Shown: piece after piece, positions 28,101 through 36,363 of the stretch | Position numbering within the stretch: position 1 is the first letter of the stretch | How the letters are laid out: every line of letters starts with the position of its first letter | From: Acidobacteriota bacterium | GTDB lineage: Bacteria > Acidobacteriota > Terriglobia > Terriglobales > Acidobacteriaceae | Direction of reading: 5' to 3' | Length of the DNA stretch: 43,026 nucleotides | NCBI GenBank assembly: GCA_040388825.1 | Contig: JAZKBC010000096.1 | Span: forward strand, 44,186-87,211 | Program-made: the position numbers and the translations under genes | Notes under the pieces: generated by a model | Told to the model about the DNA's origin: nothing | The model's database searches: none | Seen by the model: the letters and a program-made list of their open reading frames with translations, nothing else

Positions 28101-30052
28101 GGCACTGGTCGCAGATGCTCGCGGGCGAGTTGGCTGATCCGGTGGCCAAGGTGAAGGAGTTGCCATTACTGACCGCTGAAGACAAGCGTCAGGTCGTTGA
28201 GGATTGGAACCAGACCACAACCGACTTCGGTACGTTCACAGCGCTGCCTTCGGTAGTGCTGGAACATGCGATGAATCATCCTGACCGCATTGCGATTGAG
28301 TGCGGTGGACGGCAGTGGACGTATGCGGAGCTTGCCGAGTACGCGACGATGCTGGCGCGGCGCCTGGTCCATGAAGGCCTGCAGCCGGGCGATCTGGTGG
28401 GCATTTGCATAGAGCGATCGATTGAGATGGCGGGTTCACTGCTGGCGGTGATGATGGCCGGTGGAGCTTACGTTCCGCTCGATCCGCGGCATCCGCGGGA
28501 GCGGCTGGCGACGATCATCAACGACGCAGGGATGACGCTGCTGCTGACGGGGCGCGATCCGAGCGTGGATACGAGCGCGAGGATTTTGAACATCACCGGG
28601 CCGCAGCCGCAGCACAAGGATATGCTGCCGGCTTCGATTGCGGCGGACTCGCTCGCGTATGTGATCTACACGTCGGGATCGACGGGCGTACCGAAGGGTG
28701 TGGCGATTGAGCACAAGGCGCTGATGAATCTGCTGCGTTCGATGCAGTGCGAGCCTGGGCTGGGGCGGGAGGACGTGCTCGTCGCAGTGACTACGCTGGC
28801 GTTCGATATTGCTGCACTGGAGTTGTTCCTGCCGATGCTGGCTGGAGCGAAACTGGTAATCGCAACCGATGAACAGGTAACCAACGGCGGGTTGCTGCTG
28901 CGATTGATCGAAGAGTCGAAGGCGACGGGCTTGCAAGCGACCCCGGGAGCATGGCGCATTCTGCTGGATGCTGGATGGACGGCAGACCACGCGCTGAAGG
29001 TACTGTGCGGTGGCGAAGCGCTGCCAAGGGATCTTGCAGATGCACTGCTCGAACGCAGCGACGATGTTTGGAATGTGTATGGACCCACCGAGACGACGAT
29101 CTGGTCGTCGGCCACGCGAGTGACAGCGGGAGCGAGTGCTCCGCGGGTAGGACCGCCGATTGCCAATACACAGTTCTATGTGCTGGACGAGCGTTTGCAG
29201 CCGATGCCTGTGGGTGTGGTTGGCGAGCTTTGTATAGGCGGCGATGGCCTGGCGCGCGGATATTGGAAGCGGCCGGAGCTGACCGCGGAGAAGTTTGTCG
29301 CAAGCACTGTTGGCGAGGGACGAATCTACCGCACTGGCGATCTGGGGCGTTGGCACTCGGATGGGACGATCGAATTGCTGGGGCGAGTCGACTTCCAGGT
29401 AAAGATCCGCGGCTATCGCATTGAACTGGGCGAGATTGAAGCGGCGCTGGCTGCGCATGAAGCGGTGCGTGAGGCAATTGTGCTGGATCAGAAGGCGGGT
29501 GCTCAAGGCAGCGCTCGGCTACTGGCGTTTGTGGACGCAGGTGGCGCTGCTGCTGAGCCGCAGGCGGAGTTGTTGATTGCGGAGCTGAAGGATCATCTCG
29601 ATCGGACGCTGCCGGCTTACATGGTTCCGGCGGTGATTGTGGCGTTGAAGGAGCTGCCGCGCCTGCCCAACACCAAGGTGGACCGCAAGGCATTGCTAAA
29701 GCTGGGCAGCGCGCAAGCCGGAGACGCCGCGGTGGCCAATCGTGTGTATACGCCTCCGGTAACGCCGCAGGAGGAGTTGCTGGCGGGGATCTGGGCGGAT
29801 GTACTGCAACTGGAGAACGTGAGCACGTCGGAGAGCATCTTCGAGCTGGGCGCGGATTCGTTGGCGATCTTCCGAATCGCGGCGCGGGCTCAACGTGAAG
29901 GGCTGGCGCTGAAGGCGACACAGATCTTTGAGCATCGCACGATTGCGGCGATCTGCAGAGAGATCACACAGAAGAGTTCAAGTGCGAGTGCGGGCAAGAG
30001 TGTTGCTCGTATTCGCGTGGCGCCGCGCGACAAGTACCGGGTGGCGAGGTAA
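22124..30052 (+). CDS. Hybrid PKS-NRPS: KS-AT-ACP-class III aminotransferase-C-A(Gly)-PCP
   Basis: KS 'QGACATS', 'EAHGTGT', 'NVGHL'. AT 'GHSLGE' and 'SHAFHS' (malonyl type). ACP 'LGLDSL'. AMT 'NTGSEA', 'DEVVTGFR', 'YGKVIGGG'. C 'HHIVLDG'. A code DILQLGVIWK (Gly). PCP 'LGADSL'. No KR, DH or ER motifs seen. Confidence 0.95.
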   Translation: MSELSSTVEENVQDMGAAVAIIGMAGQFPGAPDVGSFWKNLVEGKDSITRFSAAESQTRNSMGAEEAKDFVAARGVLDDAAMFDADFFGINPREAERMDPQHRVFLEACSNALETAGYVAQEYPGEIGLFAGCAMNTYLLANLCGDRAFIDQFTANYQVGEYQILTGNDKDFLTTRVAYKLNLRGPVMTVQGACATSLVAICQAAQSLLNYQCEMALAGGVSITFPQLRGHVHQEGGLASSDGFCRPFDAKAAGTVFGHGAGVVLLKRYEDAVRDGDAIAAVIRGFAVNNDGAHKAGYMAPGVDGQARVIAAAQAMAGVSADSISYIEAHGTGTPMGDPIEIAALTKAFRESTGRKGFCAVGTAKGNVGHLDAAAGVTGVIKTVMSLQHRMIPGLAHFEKPNEELRLAETPFTLSGETKPWVADGPLRAGVSAFGVGGVNAHVILEEAPRVASGASTRAKQVLCLSAGSDQALNEAKTKLAAHLEADSDAVLVDVAYTLAAGRKAYQQRFAIAATDATNAVVALRAGAKRTEKIDSSARRVAFLFSGQGSQFVGMGKELYASNAVYQRSIDECCEIVQRVARLDLRGVMFAEESEAATLRLQETRHAQPALFATELALARLWQSWGIEAAASVGHSLGEFVAATLAGVFSIEDALRLVCLRGQLMQQMVPGAMISVPLGEEALAAFVSDEVCVAALNSPRASVLAGSLHAIAELEARFEREGVAARRLRTSHAFHSAMMEPMLAEFEAEVARCERKAPLRRFVSSVTGTWITDEQATSPQFWAEQCRKPVRFSDAVETLLADGVNVLLEVGPGEALTALASQQRVDERKFVAVASLPAPRAGAASRSIEDTVAGLWSAGVAVDWAKYFGGERRIRVALPTYPFERKLYWVEPPAKQPALNAPQERTVQETNNMQTPGSVVEASPVAGETASRTERLRAEAAAVFADLSGIEIRAEEMELSFLELGLDSLFLTQATLSLQKKFGVKVTFRQLMEQCSSIVSLADHLDALMPPDAPKVATPAVVAATSAPLVAANGTQQPLERLLADQLAALSEMFASQVATLRAAAGGATPAAAIAPFVAAPVAVPPSKTAAASADSGEVRFRPAQVKVSAELDAEQQRYIDELIAKYAAKTPGSKRMTQASRGRLADPRAVAGFRPQWKEMVYPLLTDRAQGSRIWDVDGNEYIDVVNGYGCIMFGHSPKFVVDAAHAQLDRGVAIGPQSVLAGEVAALICELTGNERVTFCNTGSEAVMAAIRVARTVTGRDKFVYFTGDYHGTFDEVLIRSTPRGSAPVAPGIPLANVTNVVVLDYGAQASLDYIREHGEEIAAVLIEPVQTRHPENKPFEFIRSIRTITEQTGSAMIIDEVVTGFRLAPGGVQEFLGVRADMCTYGKVIGGGHPIGVLSGKAQYLDALDGGAWQFGDDSAPEVGVTFFAGTFVRHPLAMAAARAVLTHLKNAGGELQRELNRKTAKIAESLDAFFQERGVPSRVHHFASWFYFTFPGEAKLASLFYYAMRAKGIHIQEGYPCFLTTAHTDADLEAVERAFRETIVEMQQNRAMPGGNETAVQPRLQEPALHALALRNTPERVAMTEPQREVFLAAALSDESNCAFNESLTVKLRGPVRIDDLRFALEAVISRHDALRSVVCEDGDCLCVDPVYSGSTEVIDLRGETAEKQQTILAERVAHEGKTPFDLQQGPLVRSACYVLSGEETVLVLTAHHIVLDGWSANQLLEEISVVYSKGAAALTTLAPLLPFSSYAVRENERQQSGDFANNEKYWVAKFEGRSPRLDLPTDRVRPTAKSYSGATLEGKLGKELYDGLKKLSAKNGCSLYVTLLSSFQLLMHRLTKQDEVVVGISTAGQALLDGASLVGHCVNFLPMLSELGAETTLPEHLRATRSSLLDAQDHQEFTYGSLVRKLPLEREAGRLPLIEVQFNLEKVGTNVRFDGLEAEIRTNAKQFVNTDLFLNVVESASGLDFACDYNTELFDAATLERWMRHWSQMLAGELADPVAKVKELPLLTAEDKRQVVEDWNQTTTDFGTFTALPSVVLEHAMNHPDRIAIECGGRQWTYAELAEYATMLARRLVHEGLQPGDLVGICIERSIEMAGSLLAVMMAGGAYVPLDPRHPRERLATIINDAGMTLLLTGRDPSVDTSARILNITGPQPQHKDMLPASIAADSLAYVIYTSGSTGVPKGVAIEHKALMNLLRSMQCEPGLGREDVLVAVTTLAFDIAALELFLPMLAGAKLVIATDEQVTNGGLLLRLIEESKATGLQATPGAWRILLDAGWTADHALKVLCGGEALPRDLADALLERSDDVWNVYGPTETTIWSSATRVTAGASAPRVGPPIANTQFYVLDERLQPMPVGVVGELCIGGDGLARGYWKRPELTAEKFVASTVGEGRIYRTGDLGRWHSDGTIELLGRVDFQVKIRGYRIELGEIEAALAAHEAVREAIVLDQKAGAQGSARLLAFVDAGGAAAEPQAELLIAELKDHLDRTLPAYMVPAVIVALKELPRLPNTKVDRKALLKLGSAQAGDAAVANRVYTPPVTPQEELLAGIWADVLQLENVSTSESIFELGADSLAIFRIAARAQREGLALKATQIFEHRTIAAICREITQKSSSASAGKSVARIRVAPRDKYRVAR

Positions 30053-30060
30053 AGGGACCC

Positions 30061-33000
30061 ATGAAAGCACTGCAGGCCAACACGCTCGATCTCGTGCTCG
30101 ACGCACCGACCCTGTTGAAGGCTGGTGTAGAGGTGTATGCGATGCCCGCGACGCCAGGGCAGCTGCGCTTCTGGTCGCTGGATCAGTTGAACCTTGGCGA
30201 TCCGGCAATGAATATGCCGCTGATGTGGCAATGCACAGGAGTGTTGAATGTCGCGGCTCTGGAGCAGGCATTCGAGAGATGCGTTGCGCGGCATGAATCA
30301 CTAAGAACAACATTTGCTCTGGTGGGCAGCAAGCTGATGCAGTTGGTTCGGCCGGACATGGCGATGCCTATTCCGGTGGACGACCTGACCGGGCTTGCAG
30401 GCGAGCAGCAGAGACTGGAAGCAGACCGGATTACGCGAACGCATGCGGCGTTTCGCTTTGATCTGAAGAATGGGCCGCTGTTGGTGCTGCGGTTGCTGAA
30501 GCTGGGTGCGCAGAACCATGTGCTGTTGGTAACGATGCATCACGTGATCTGCGATGGAATCTCGAATGGCATTCTGATGCGCGACATGATGGCCTTCTAC
30601 GAAGCCATCGTCACCGGAACAGAGGTAGAACTCCCGGAGTTGCACATCCAATTTGCGGACTATGCCGTATGGCACGAGGAGTGGAGTGCGAGCGACGAGC
30701 ACGGGGCTTCACTCGAGTTCTGGCGGGAGACGCTGGGCAAGGACTTCAGCCCGATTCACCTGGCGCATGATACGGATGCGGCCTCTGCACTGCCCGCTCA
30801 TAAGCAGGAGAGCACTGGCGAGATCGAAACGCTTCTGGTTCCACCCGACCTGACCGCACGTGCACACGCGTTCTGCAAGCGCGAAGGAATCACGCTCAAT
30901 GTGATGATGTTCAGCATCTTCTGCACGCTGCTGGCACGGATCACGGGCTTGAAGGATCTGACGATCGGATCTCCTTGTGCGAATCGCACGGAGGACACCG
31001 AAGAGCTGATCGGGTTGTTCATGAACATCCAGATCCTGCGCGTGCAGCTGGCGGAGCGGTCGACTTTTCGCGATCTGTTGAACCAGGTGCAGGCATGGAC
31101 ATTGGCTGCGGTAGACAACCAGGCGCTTCCGTTCGAGGACCTGGTGCATGATCCGTTCTTTGCCAATGCAGCGTCGCTCGAGATTCCGATCTTCTTCCTC
31201 TATCAGAAATCGTTCATGCTGACGCGGCGCATTGAGAGCTCTGAGGGCAGTGTGCAAATTGTTCCGCTGCGTTCGGAAAGCCCAGGCGCAGTGTTCGAGT
31301 TCATGGTCGCGGTGGTGGACCGCGAAGAGGAAGGGCCGCGGCTACAGCTTGAGTACAACCCGCAGTTTTACAAAGCGGCGACGATTCGCAACTACCTGCG
31401 GCTGTTCGTCAACCTGCTGGAGGCGGCGTTGGTGCATCCGGATGCTGCGGTGGATGCACTGGAGATTCTCTCGCCCAGTGGACGCGCGAAGATGTTGTCG
31501 AAGTGGAACAGCACGGCGACAAATTTTGGAGCGTTTGAGCCGGCGCATACGACATTTCTTTGCAGAGCGGCTGGCGACCCAGACAGTGTCGCGGTGGAGT
31601 GCGCGGGTGTGAGCTGGACGAATCGCCAGCTGGCTGGACGGGCGACAGCGTTGGCCGCGCATCTGGTGCGTGAGGGATTGAAGCCGGGAGAGTTGGTGGG
31701 CATCTGCATCAGTCGGTCGCCGGAGATGGTTGCTGCGATGCTGGCTGTGATGATGGCTGGGGGAGCCTATGTCCCGCTCGATGCACGGCATCCGCGAGCG
31801 CGTATGGAACTGGTCCTTGAAAATGCGCAGGCTGCTTTTATCCTGGCCGATCACGCACTGGAGGCGACGACCGACGCGAAGGTGCTTCGCGTAGATGGGC
31901 TGCGGTCAACTGCGGTGAATGTGGAGCTGCCGGATACATCTTCACCGGAGGCACTGGCGTATGTGATCTACACGTCGGGCTCAACGGGAAAGCCTAAGGG
32001 CGTTGCGATCGAGCATGGAGCGTTGTTCAACCTGCTGCGGTCGATGCAGAAAGAGCCCGGACTTGGGCCACATGACACGCTAGTTGCTGTCACCACGCTC
32101 GCGTTCGATATTGCGGCGCTGGAGTTGCTGCTCCCGCTGCTGACCGGAGCGCGGCTGGTGATTGCAACCGAGGCGCAGGTGTACGACGCAGGCTTGCTGC
32201 TGGCGTTGTTGAAGGAGAGCAAGGCGACCGTGCTGCAGGCCACTCCGGGAGCGTGGCGCGCTGTGGTCGATGCAGGATGGACCTCGACATTGCCACTGCG
32301 AGTGCTGTGTGGCGGCGAGGCGATGTCACGAGACCTGGCGGACAAGCTGCTTGATCGCAGCAACGATGTTTGGAATGTTTATGGGCCGACTGAGACCACG
32401 ATCTGGTCGTCCGCGACACGAGTGACGCGCGATGCGGCAGCTCCACGAGTGGGACCGCCGATCGCGAACACGCAGTTCTATGTGCTGGACAAGCTTCTGC
32501 AACCCGTGCCGGTAGGGCTTGATGGCGAGCTCTATATCGGTGGCCTGGGCCTGGCCCGCGGATATTGGAACAACCCGGAGCTGACGGCACAGAGGTTCGT
32601 GGCGAATCCCTTTGGGCCCGGAAGGATTTATCAAACAGGTGACTTGGCGCGATGGCACGAGGACGGAAGCGTGCAATTGCTGGGGCGTGCGGACTTCCAG
32701 GTGAAAATCCGGGGCTATCGCATCGAACTGGGAGATATTGAGGCAGCGCTGCTTAAGCATGAGAGTGTGCGCGAGGCCGTAGTGGTGCAGGACGTATTGA
32801 CCGATCAGCCGGGGCGCGCAGGCGTGTCGCGCTTGATTGCATATGTAGGCGCGAACAATACGGGCGACGCAAATGTCGCAGCTGGCCTGGTTGCGGAGTT
32901 GGAAACGCATCTGGCGAAGGTGCTGCCGGAGTACATGACGCCCAACGTGATTGTGGCGCTGGAGCGCCTGCCGCGGAACACAAATGGAAAGATCGATCGA

Positions 33001-34140
33001 CACGCTTTGCCGGATGTTTTTGCGGGCGCAGGTGACGATGGGCTGCGCATCAGCGAAGCGGCACGGTTGAGCTTCATGGGCCCGCGCGACATCATCGAGC
33101 GGCAGTTGACCGAGATGTGGGAGGCCACGCTCGGGATTCCGCGGATCAGCATTCGGGCAAGCTTCTTCTCGTTGGGTGTTGGATCACTGGCCGCGCTACG
33201 GCTGGTGACAAAGATGAACCGCGCGTTTGCGATGGAGATTGGGCTGGCGAGCCTGGTATCGTCACCGTCGATCGAGTCGATTGCAGAGCTGATTCGCAAC
33301 CGCATCAGCTCGCGGACCGCTTCGGCGATGGTTGCGCTGAAACCCGAGGGTGAGCGTCCTCCGCTATTCATTCTGCATGGTGTTGGCGGAAACGTGATCA
33401 GCTTCTATGGGCTGGCAATGCGGATCGATCCTGCGCAGCCGGTGTATGCGATCCAAGCGCAGGCACTGCTGGCAGGTGAGGCAGCACTGCTGCGGATGGA
33501 AGACCTGGCCGCTTACTACATTCGCGAGATGCGGATGGTGCAGGCAAATGGACCGTACCATCTTCTCGGCTACTCGTTTGGCGGAACGCTTGCGCTCGAG
33601 ATGGCGCACCAGTTGCGCGCTGCGGGCGACGAAGTGGCGTTGTTGGGGATGCTGGATGCGCGGTCAAAGAGCTTTGAAGAGGAGTTCCGTCAATCGCTCA
33701 CTGTGCAGTCGAAGATTGACCGCAGACTACAGCGATTGCGGGGCAACACGGGGGAGCTGGACTGGAACCATCGCGCGCGCTACATGCTGGATAAGGTAAA
33801 GACGCGAGTAATTCGATTCAGTGCGCGCGCGCTTCCGGCATTGGGTATGCGGCGGCTGCCTGTGTGGATGAAGAGTGCTTATGACATTAATCACGCCGCC
33901 ATCGTCGCCTACAAGGTGAAGCCTTACGACGGGACGATGACGCTGTTCCGCGCGACTGAGCAGGACTTTGTGGGTGGGCCTCGGGACCTGGGATGGGGAC
34001 CGGTGTTCTCGCAAGGTGTCGAGATCAAGGAAGTGAAGGGCGATCATGAGCGCATCTTCCTGGAGCCGAGTATCGACGCCCTGGCCGCCGCGTTGCGCGA
34101 AGTTCTGCAGCGAAGCCGAGGAGAGACTGATGCTGGATAG
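30061..34140 (+). CDS. Terminal NRPS: C-A(Gly)-PCP-TE
   Basis: C 'HHVICDG'. A code DILQLGVIWK (Gly). PCP 'FFSLGVGSL'. TE 'GYSFGG', 'LDAR', 'GDH'. Confidence 0.95.
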   Translation: MKALQANTLDLVLDAPTLLKAGVEVYAMPATPGQLRFWSLDQLNLGDPAMNMPLMWQCTGVLNVAALEQAFERCVARHESLRTTFALVGSKLMQLVRPDMAMPIPVDDLTGLAGEQQRLEADRITRTHAAFRFDLKNGPLLVLRLLKLGAQNHVLLVTMHHVICDGISNGILMRDMMAFYEAIVTGTEVELPELHIQFADYAVWHEEWSASDEHGASLEFWRETLGKDFSPIHLAHDTDAASALPAHKQESTGEIETLLVPPDLTARAHAFCKREGITLNVMMFSIFCTLLARITGLKDLTIGSPCANRTEDTEELIGLFMNIQILRVQLAERSTFRDLLNQVQAWTLAAVDNQALPFEDLVHDPFFANAASLEIPIFFLYQKSFMLTRRIESSEGSVQIVPLRSESPGAVFEFMVAVVDREEEGPRLQLEYNPQFYKAATIRNYLRLFVNLLEAALVHPDAAVDALEILSPSGRAKMLSKWNSTATNFGAFEPAHTTFLCRAAGDPDSVAVECAGVSWTNRQLAGRATALAAHLVREGLKPGELVGICISRSPEMVAAMLAVMMAGGAYVPLDARHPRARMELVLENAQAAFILADHALEATTDAKVLRVDGLRSTAVNVELPDTSSPEALAYVIYTSGSTGKPKGVAIEHGALFNLLRSMQKEPGLGPHDTLVAVTTLAFDIAALELLLPLLTGARLVIATEAQVYDAGLLLALLKESKATVLQATPGAWRAVVDAGWTSTLPLRVLCGGEAMSRDLADKLLDRSNDVWNVYGPTETTIWSSATRVTRDAAAPRVGPPIANTQFYVLDKLLQPVPVGLDGELYIGGLGLARGYWNNPELTAQRFVANPFGPGRIYQTGDLARWHEDGSVQLLGRADFQVKIRGYRIELGDIEAALLKHESVREAVVVQDVLTDQPGRAGVSRLIAYVGANNTGDANVAAGLVAELETHLAKVLPEYMTPNVIVALERLPRNTNGKIDRHALPDVFAGAGDDGLRISEAARLSFMGPRDIIERQLTEMWEATLGIPRISIRASFFSLGVGSLAALRLVTKMNRAFAMEIGLASLVSSPSIESIAELIRNRISSRTASAMVALKPEGERPPLFILHGVGGNVISFYGLAMRIDPAQPVYAIQAQALLAGEAALLRMEDLAAYYIREMRMVQANGPYHLLGYSFGGTLALEMAHQLRAAGDEVALLGMLDARSKSFEEEFRQSLTVQSKIDRRLQRLRGNTGELDWNHRARYMLDKVKTRVIRFSARALPALGMRRLPVWMKSAYDINHAAIVAYKVKPYDGTMTLFRATEQDFVGGPRDLGWGPVFSQGVEIKEVKGDHERIFLEPSIDALAAALREVLQRSRGETDAG

Positions 34141-35119
34141 CCGGGCACATTCCGCGCGACGAACATTCATGGTGCTCTCACCGCACGCGCTGCCTTATGC
34201 GCGGCTGGCGTTACGTACGTTGCTCAGCCAGAGTGCTCAGCCGCTGGACCTGCACCTGATTACTGACAGCAGCGATGACAAGCGCATAATCGAGGATGCG
34301 GTGGAAGACCTGCACGCGGGTGCGCGCCATACGTGGAGTGTGACAGCGGAGGAAGAGTTGGCCGATGCCGAAGCAACGCTGCTGGGGCGGCTGCCGCATC
34401 TGCGGTTGTTTCGGCATGGGCATCCTTGCTGGCGGAAGATCACGGACCCGCTGCTGATGAGCCGCGGCGGCGATGAGATGATCCTGCTGGACCCGGATCT
34501 CTATTTTCCGAATCGCTTTGCGTTTGAAACAACGCCGGAGAGCGGCATCCTGTTGATGTGGCAGCGGCCCAATTGTCTGCTGCCTTCGTCGGTGGTACGC
34601 GAGGCGATGGGCGCCGGCGTTGCACTGGCGCGGCATGTGGACATTGGCGTGGCGCACTGGCGGCTGAGCGAAGGACTCGACGAGCTGGAGTGGCTCGACT
34701 GGCTGATTGCGCGGCTGGGCGGAGCGGCGCTACCGCGCATGATGCATGTGGAGGCGATCGTATGGTCGGCCCTGGCGATGCGCGTGGGCGGCGGCCATCT
34801 CGATCCGAAGCTGTGGGTTTGCTGGCGCCGTTCGCAGATGAAGCGTTTGGCGCGGAAGATGGGTGTATCGGGGCGCAGGATCCTGGCTTCGGAACCGTGG
34901 CGCAAGTTGAAGTGCTTCCATGCCGGCGGCGAAGCCAAGTGGTGGCTGACGGACGCGGAGGGCTCGGGCAGGATTGAGCGCGGCGCGAGTGTGCTGGAGC
35001 CCGGAAATATTGTGCCGTTCGTGGAGCTCACGGCGCGCCGGTTCGAGCGCGAGCAGGCTGCGAAGACCATGCTCGCGGACCTCGGCTACTATCGCGTCTT
35101 CGACGCAGGACGATCATGA
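34130..35119 (+). CDS. Putative GT-A fold (DxD) nucleotide-sugar transferase-like protein
   Basis: ATG 34130 with SD GAGGAG overlaps the NRPS end by 11 nt. 'LHLITDS', 'WRKITDP', 'ILLDPDLYF' (DxD after a hydrophobic strand). Confidence 0.6.
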   Translation: MLDSRAHSARRTFMVLSPHALPYARLALRTLLSQSAQPLDLHLITDSSDDKRIIEDAVEDLHAGARHTWSVTAEEELADAEATLLGRLPHLRLFRHGHPCWRKITDPLLMSRGGDEMILLDPDLYFPNRFAFETTPESGILLMWQRPNCLLPSSVVREAMGAGVALARHVDIGVAHWRLSEGLDELEWLDWLIARLGGAALPRMMHVEAIVWSALAMRVGGGHLDPKLWVCWRRSQMKRLARKMGVSGRRILASEPWRKLKCFHAGGEAKWWLTDAEGSGRIERGASVLEPGNIVPFVELTARRFEREQAAKTMLADLGYYRVFDAGRS

Positions 35120-36363
35120 AGTTGCGCGGAGCGCGCGTGTGCATTGTGGCGGAGAATGCGTCGACGCGGTTGGGCGGTGAGGCGATTCTTCCGTTTCACT
35201 ACTTCCGCCTGCTGCGAGATCGAGGCGTAGATGCGCACCTGATTGTGCACGAGCGAGTGCGCGCGGAGTTGGAAGAGGCGTTTGCGAAGGACCGCGAACG
35301 ATTGCACTTTGTCGAAGATCAGACATTGCAGAAGATTTTCTTTCGCATGAGTGAATGGCTGCCGCGCCGCGTGGCAGAAGCAACCTTGGGACTGGCGAAC
35401 CAGATGCTGACCCAAATGGCTCAGCGCAAGGTGATTCGTGCGCTCGCGAAAGAGGCGATGGTAGTGCATCAACCGATTCCGGTTTCGCCGCGGTTCCCTT
35501 CCATGATGTGGGACCTTGATGCTCCGGTCGTGATGGGCCCGCTGAACGGAGCGATGGAATATCCGGCGGCGTTTCGCGGAAGCGAGTCGTGGATGAGCCG
35601 GTGTGCGATTGCGTTGGGGCGTTCGTTGAGCGATGCGGTGAATGAACTGCTTCCAGGCAAGCGAAACGCCGCGGTCGTGCTGGTTGCGAATGAGAGAACG
35701 AGGAAGGCACTTCCTTCGGGATTGCTCGGGGGTGTGTTGGAGCTTGTTGAGAACGGCGTTGATCTGGCGCAGTGGTCCGGTGAGAGTGCGCCGATGGAAG
35801 ACGACTCGAAGAGATTCGTGTTTGTGGGACGGCTAGTGGATTGGAAGGCGCTCGATGTGGCGATCGAAGCTGTGCGCGCCGTCGATGGAGCGTCGCTGGA
35901 GGTGATTGGCGATGGACCTATGCTTGACGCGTGGCGGAAGTTTGCTGTGGATGCGGGTGTTGCTGAGCGCGTGAAGTTTTCAGGATGGAAGGCGCAGGCC
36001 GAGTGTGCGGTACGGTTACGCGGCGCCTGTGCGCTGGTGCTACCTAGCATCTATGAGTGCGGTGGAGCGGTTGTGCTGGAAGCGATGGCTTGTGCGAAGC
36101 CAGTGATTGCTACGGCATGGGGCGGGCCGATCGATTATCTCGATGCGAGCTGCGGTGTATTGGTTGAGCCCTCGAGTCGTGAAGCGCTAGTAAAAGGGTT
36201 TGCTGTAGCCATGCAGCGGATGATCGATGAGCCGGAGCTGGCTGCGCAGATGGGACGAGCGGGACGAACGCGGGTGGTGGAGCGGTTCGACTGGGAGAAG
36301 AAGGTGGATGCCCTAATGCGTGTCTACGAATCGGTTCTGCCAGTCGACATCGAGGTGATCTGA
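35116..36363 (+). CDS. GT4-family glycosyltransferase
   Basis: 'FVGRLVDWKALD', 'IGDGP', EX7E motif 'ECGGAVVLEAMA', 'RFDWE'. ATGA overlap with the upstream gene. Confidence 0.92.
   Translation: MKLRGARVCIVAENASTRLGGEAILPFHYFRLLRDRGVDAHLIVHERVRAELEEAFAKDRERLHFVEDQTLQKIFFRMSEWLPRRVAEATLGLANQMLTQMAQRKVIRALAKEAMVVHQPIPVSPRFPSMMWDLDAPVVMGPLNGAMEYPAAFRGSESWMSRCAIALGRSLSDAVNELLPGKRNAAVVLVANERTRKALPSGLLGGVLELVENGVDLAQWSGESAPMEDDSKRFVFVGRLVDWKALDVAIEAVRAVDGASLEVIGDGPMLDAWRKFAVDAGVAERVKFSGWKAQAECAVRLRGACALVLPSIYECGGAVVLEAMACAKPVIATAWGGPIDYLDASCGVLVEPSSREALVKGFAVAMQRMIDEPELAAQMGRAGRTRVVERFDWEKKVDALMRVYESVLPVDIEVI

Noticed and set aside
22124-30052. Assignment to microcystin (McyE), iturin/mycosubtilin (MycA) or zwittermicin pathways
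   Set aside because: Only the KS-AT-ACP-AMT-C architecture is shared. The starter unit, module number, A-domain codes and gene context all differ.
20205-34140. Cluster inactive because no PPTase or MbtH gene is present
   Set aside because: These commonly act in trans and the locus continues beyond the window. All catalytic motifs checked are intact and no frameshifts were seen.
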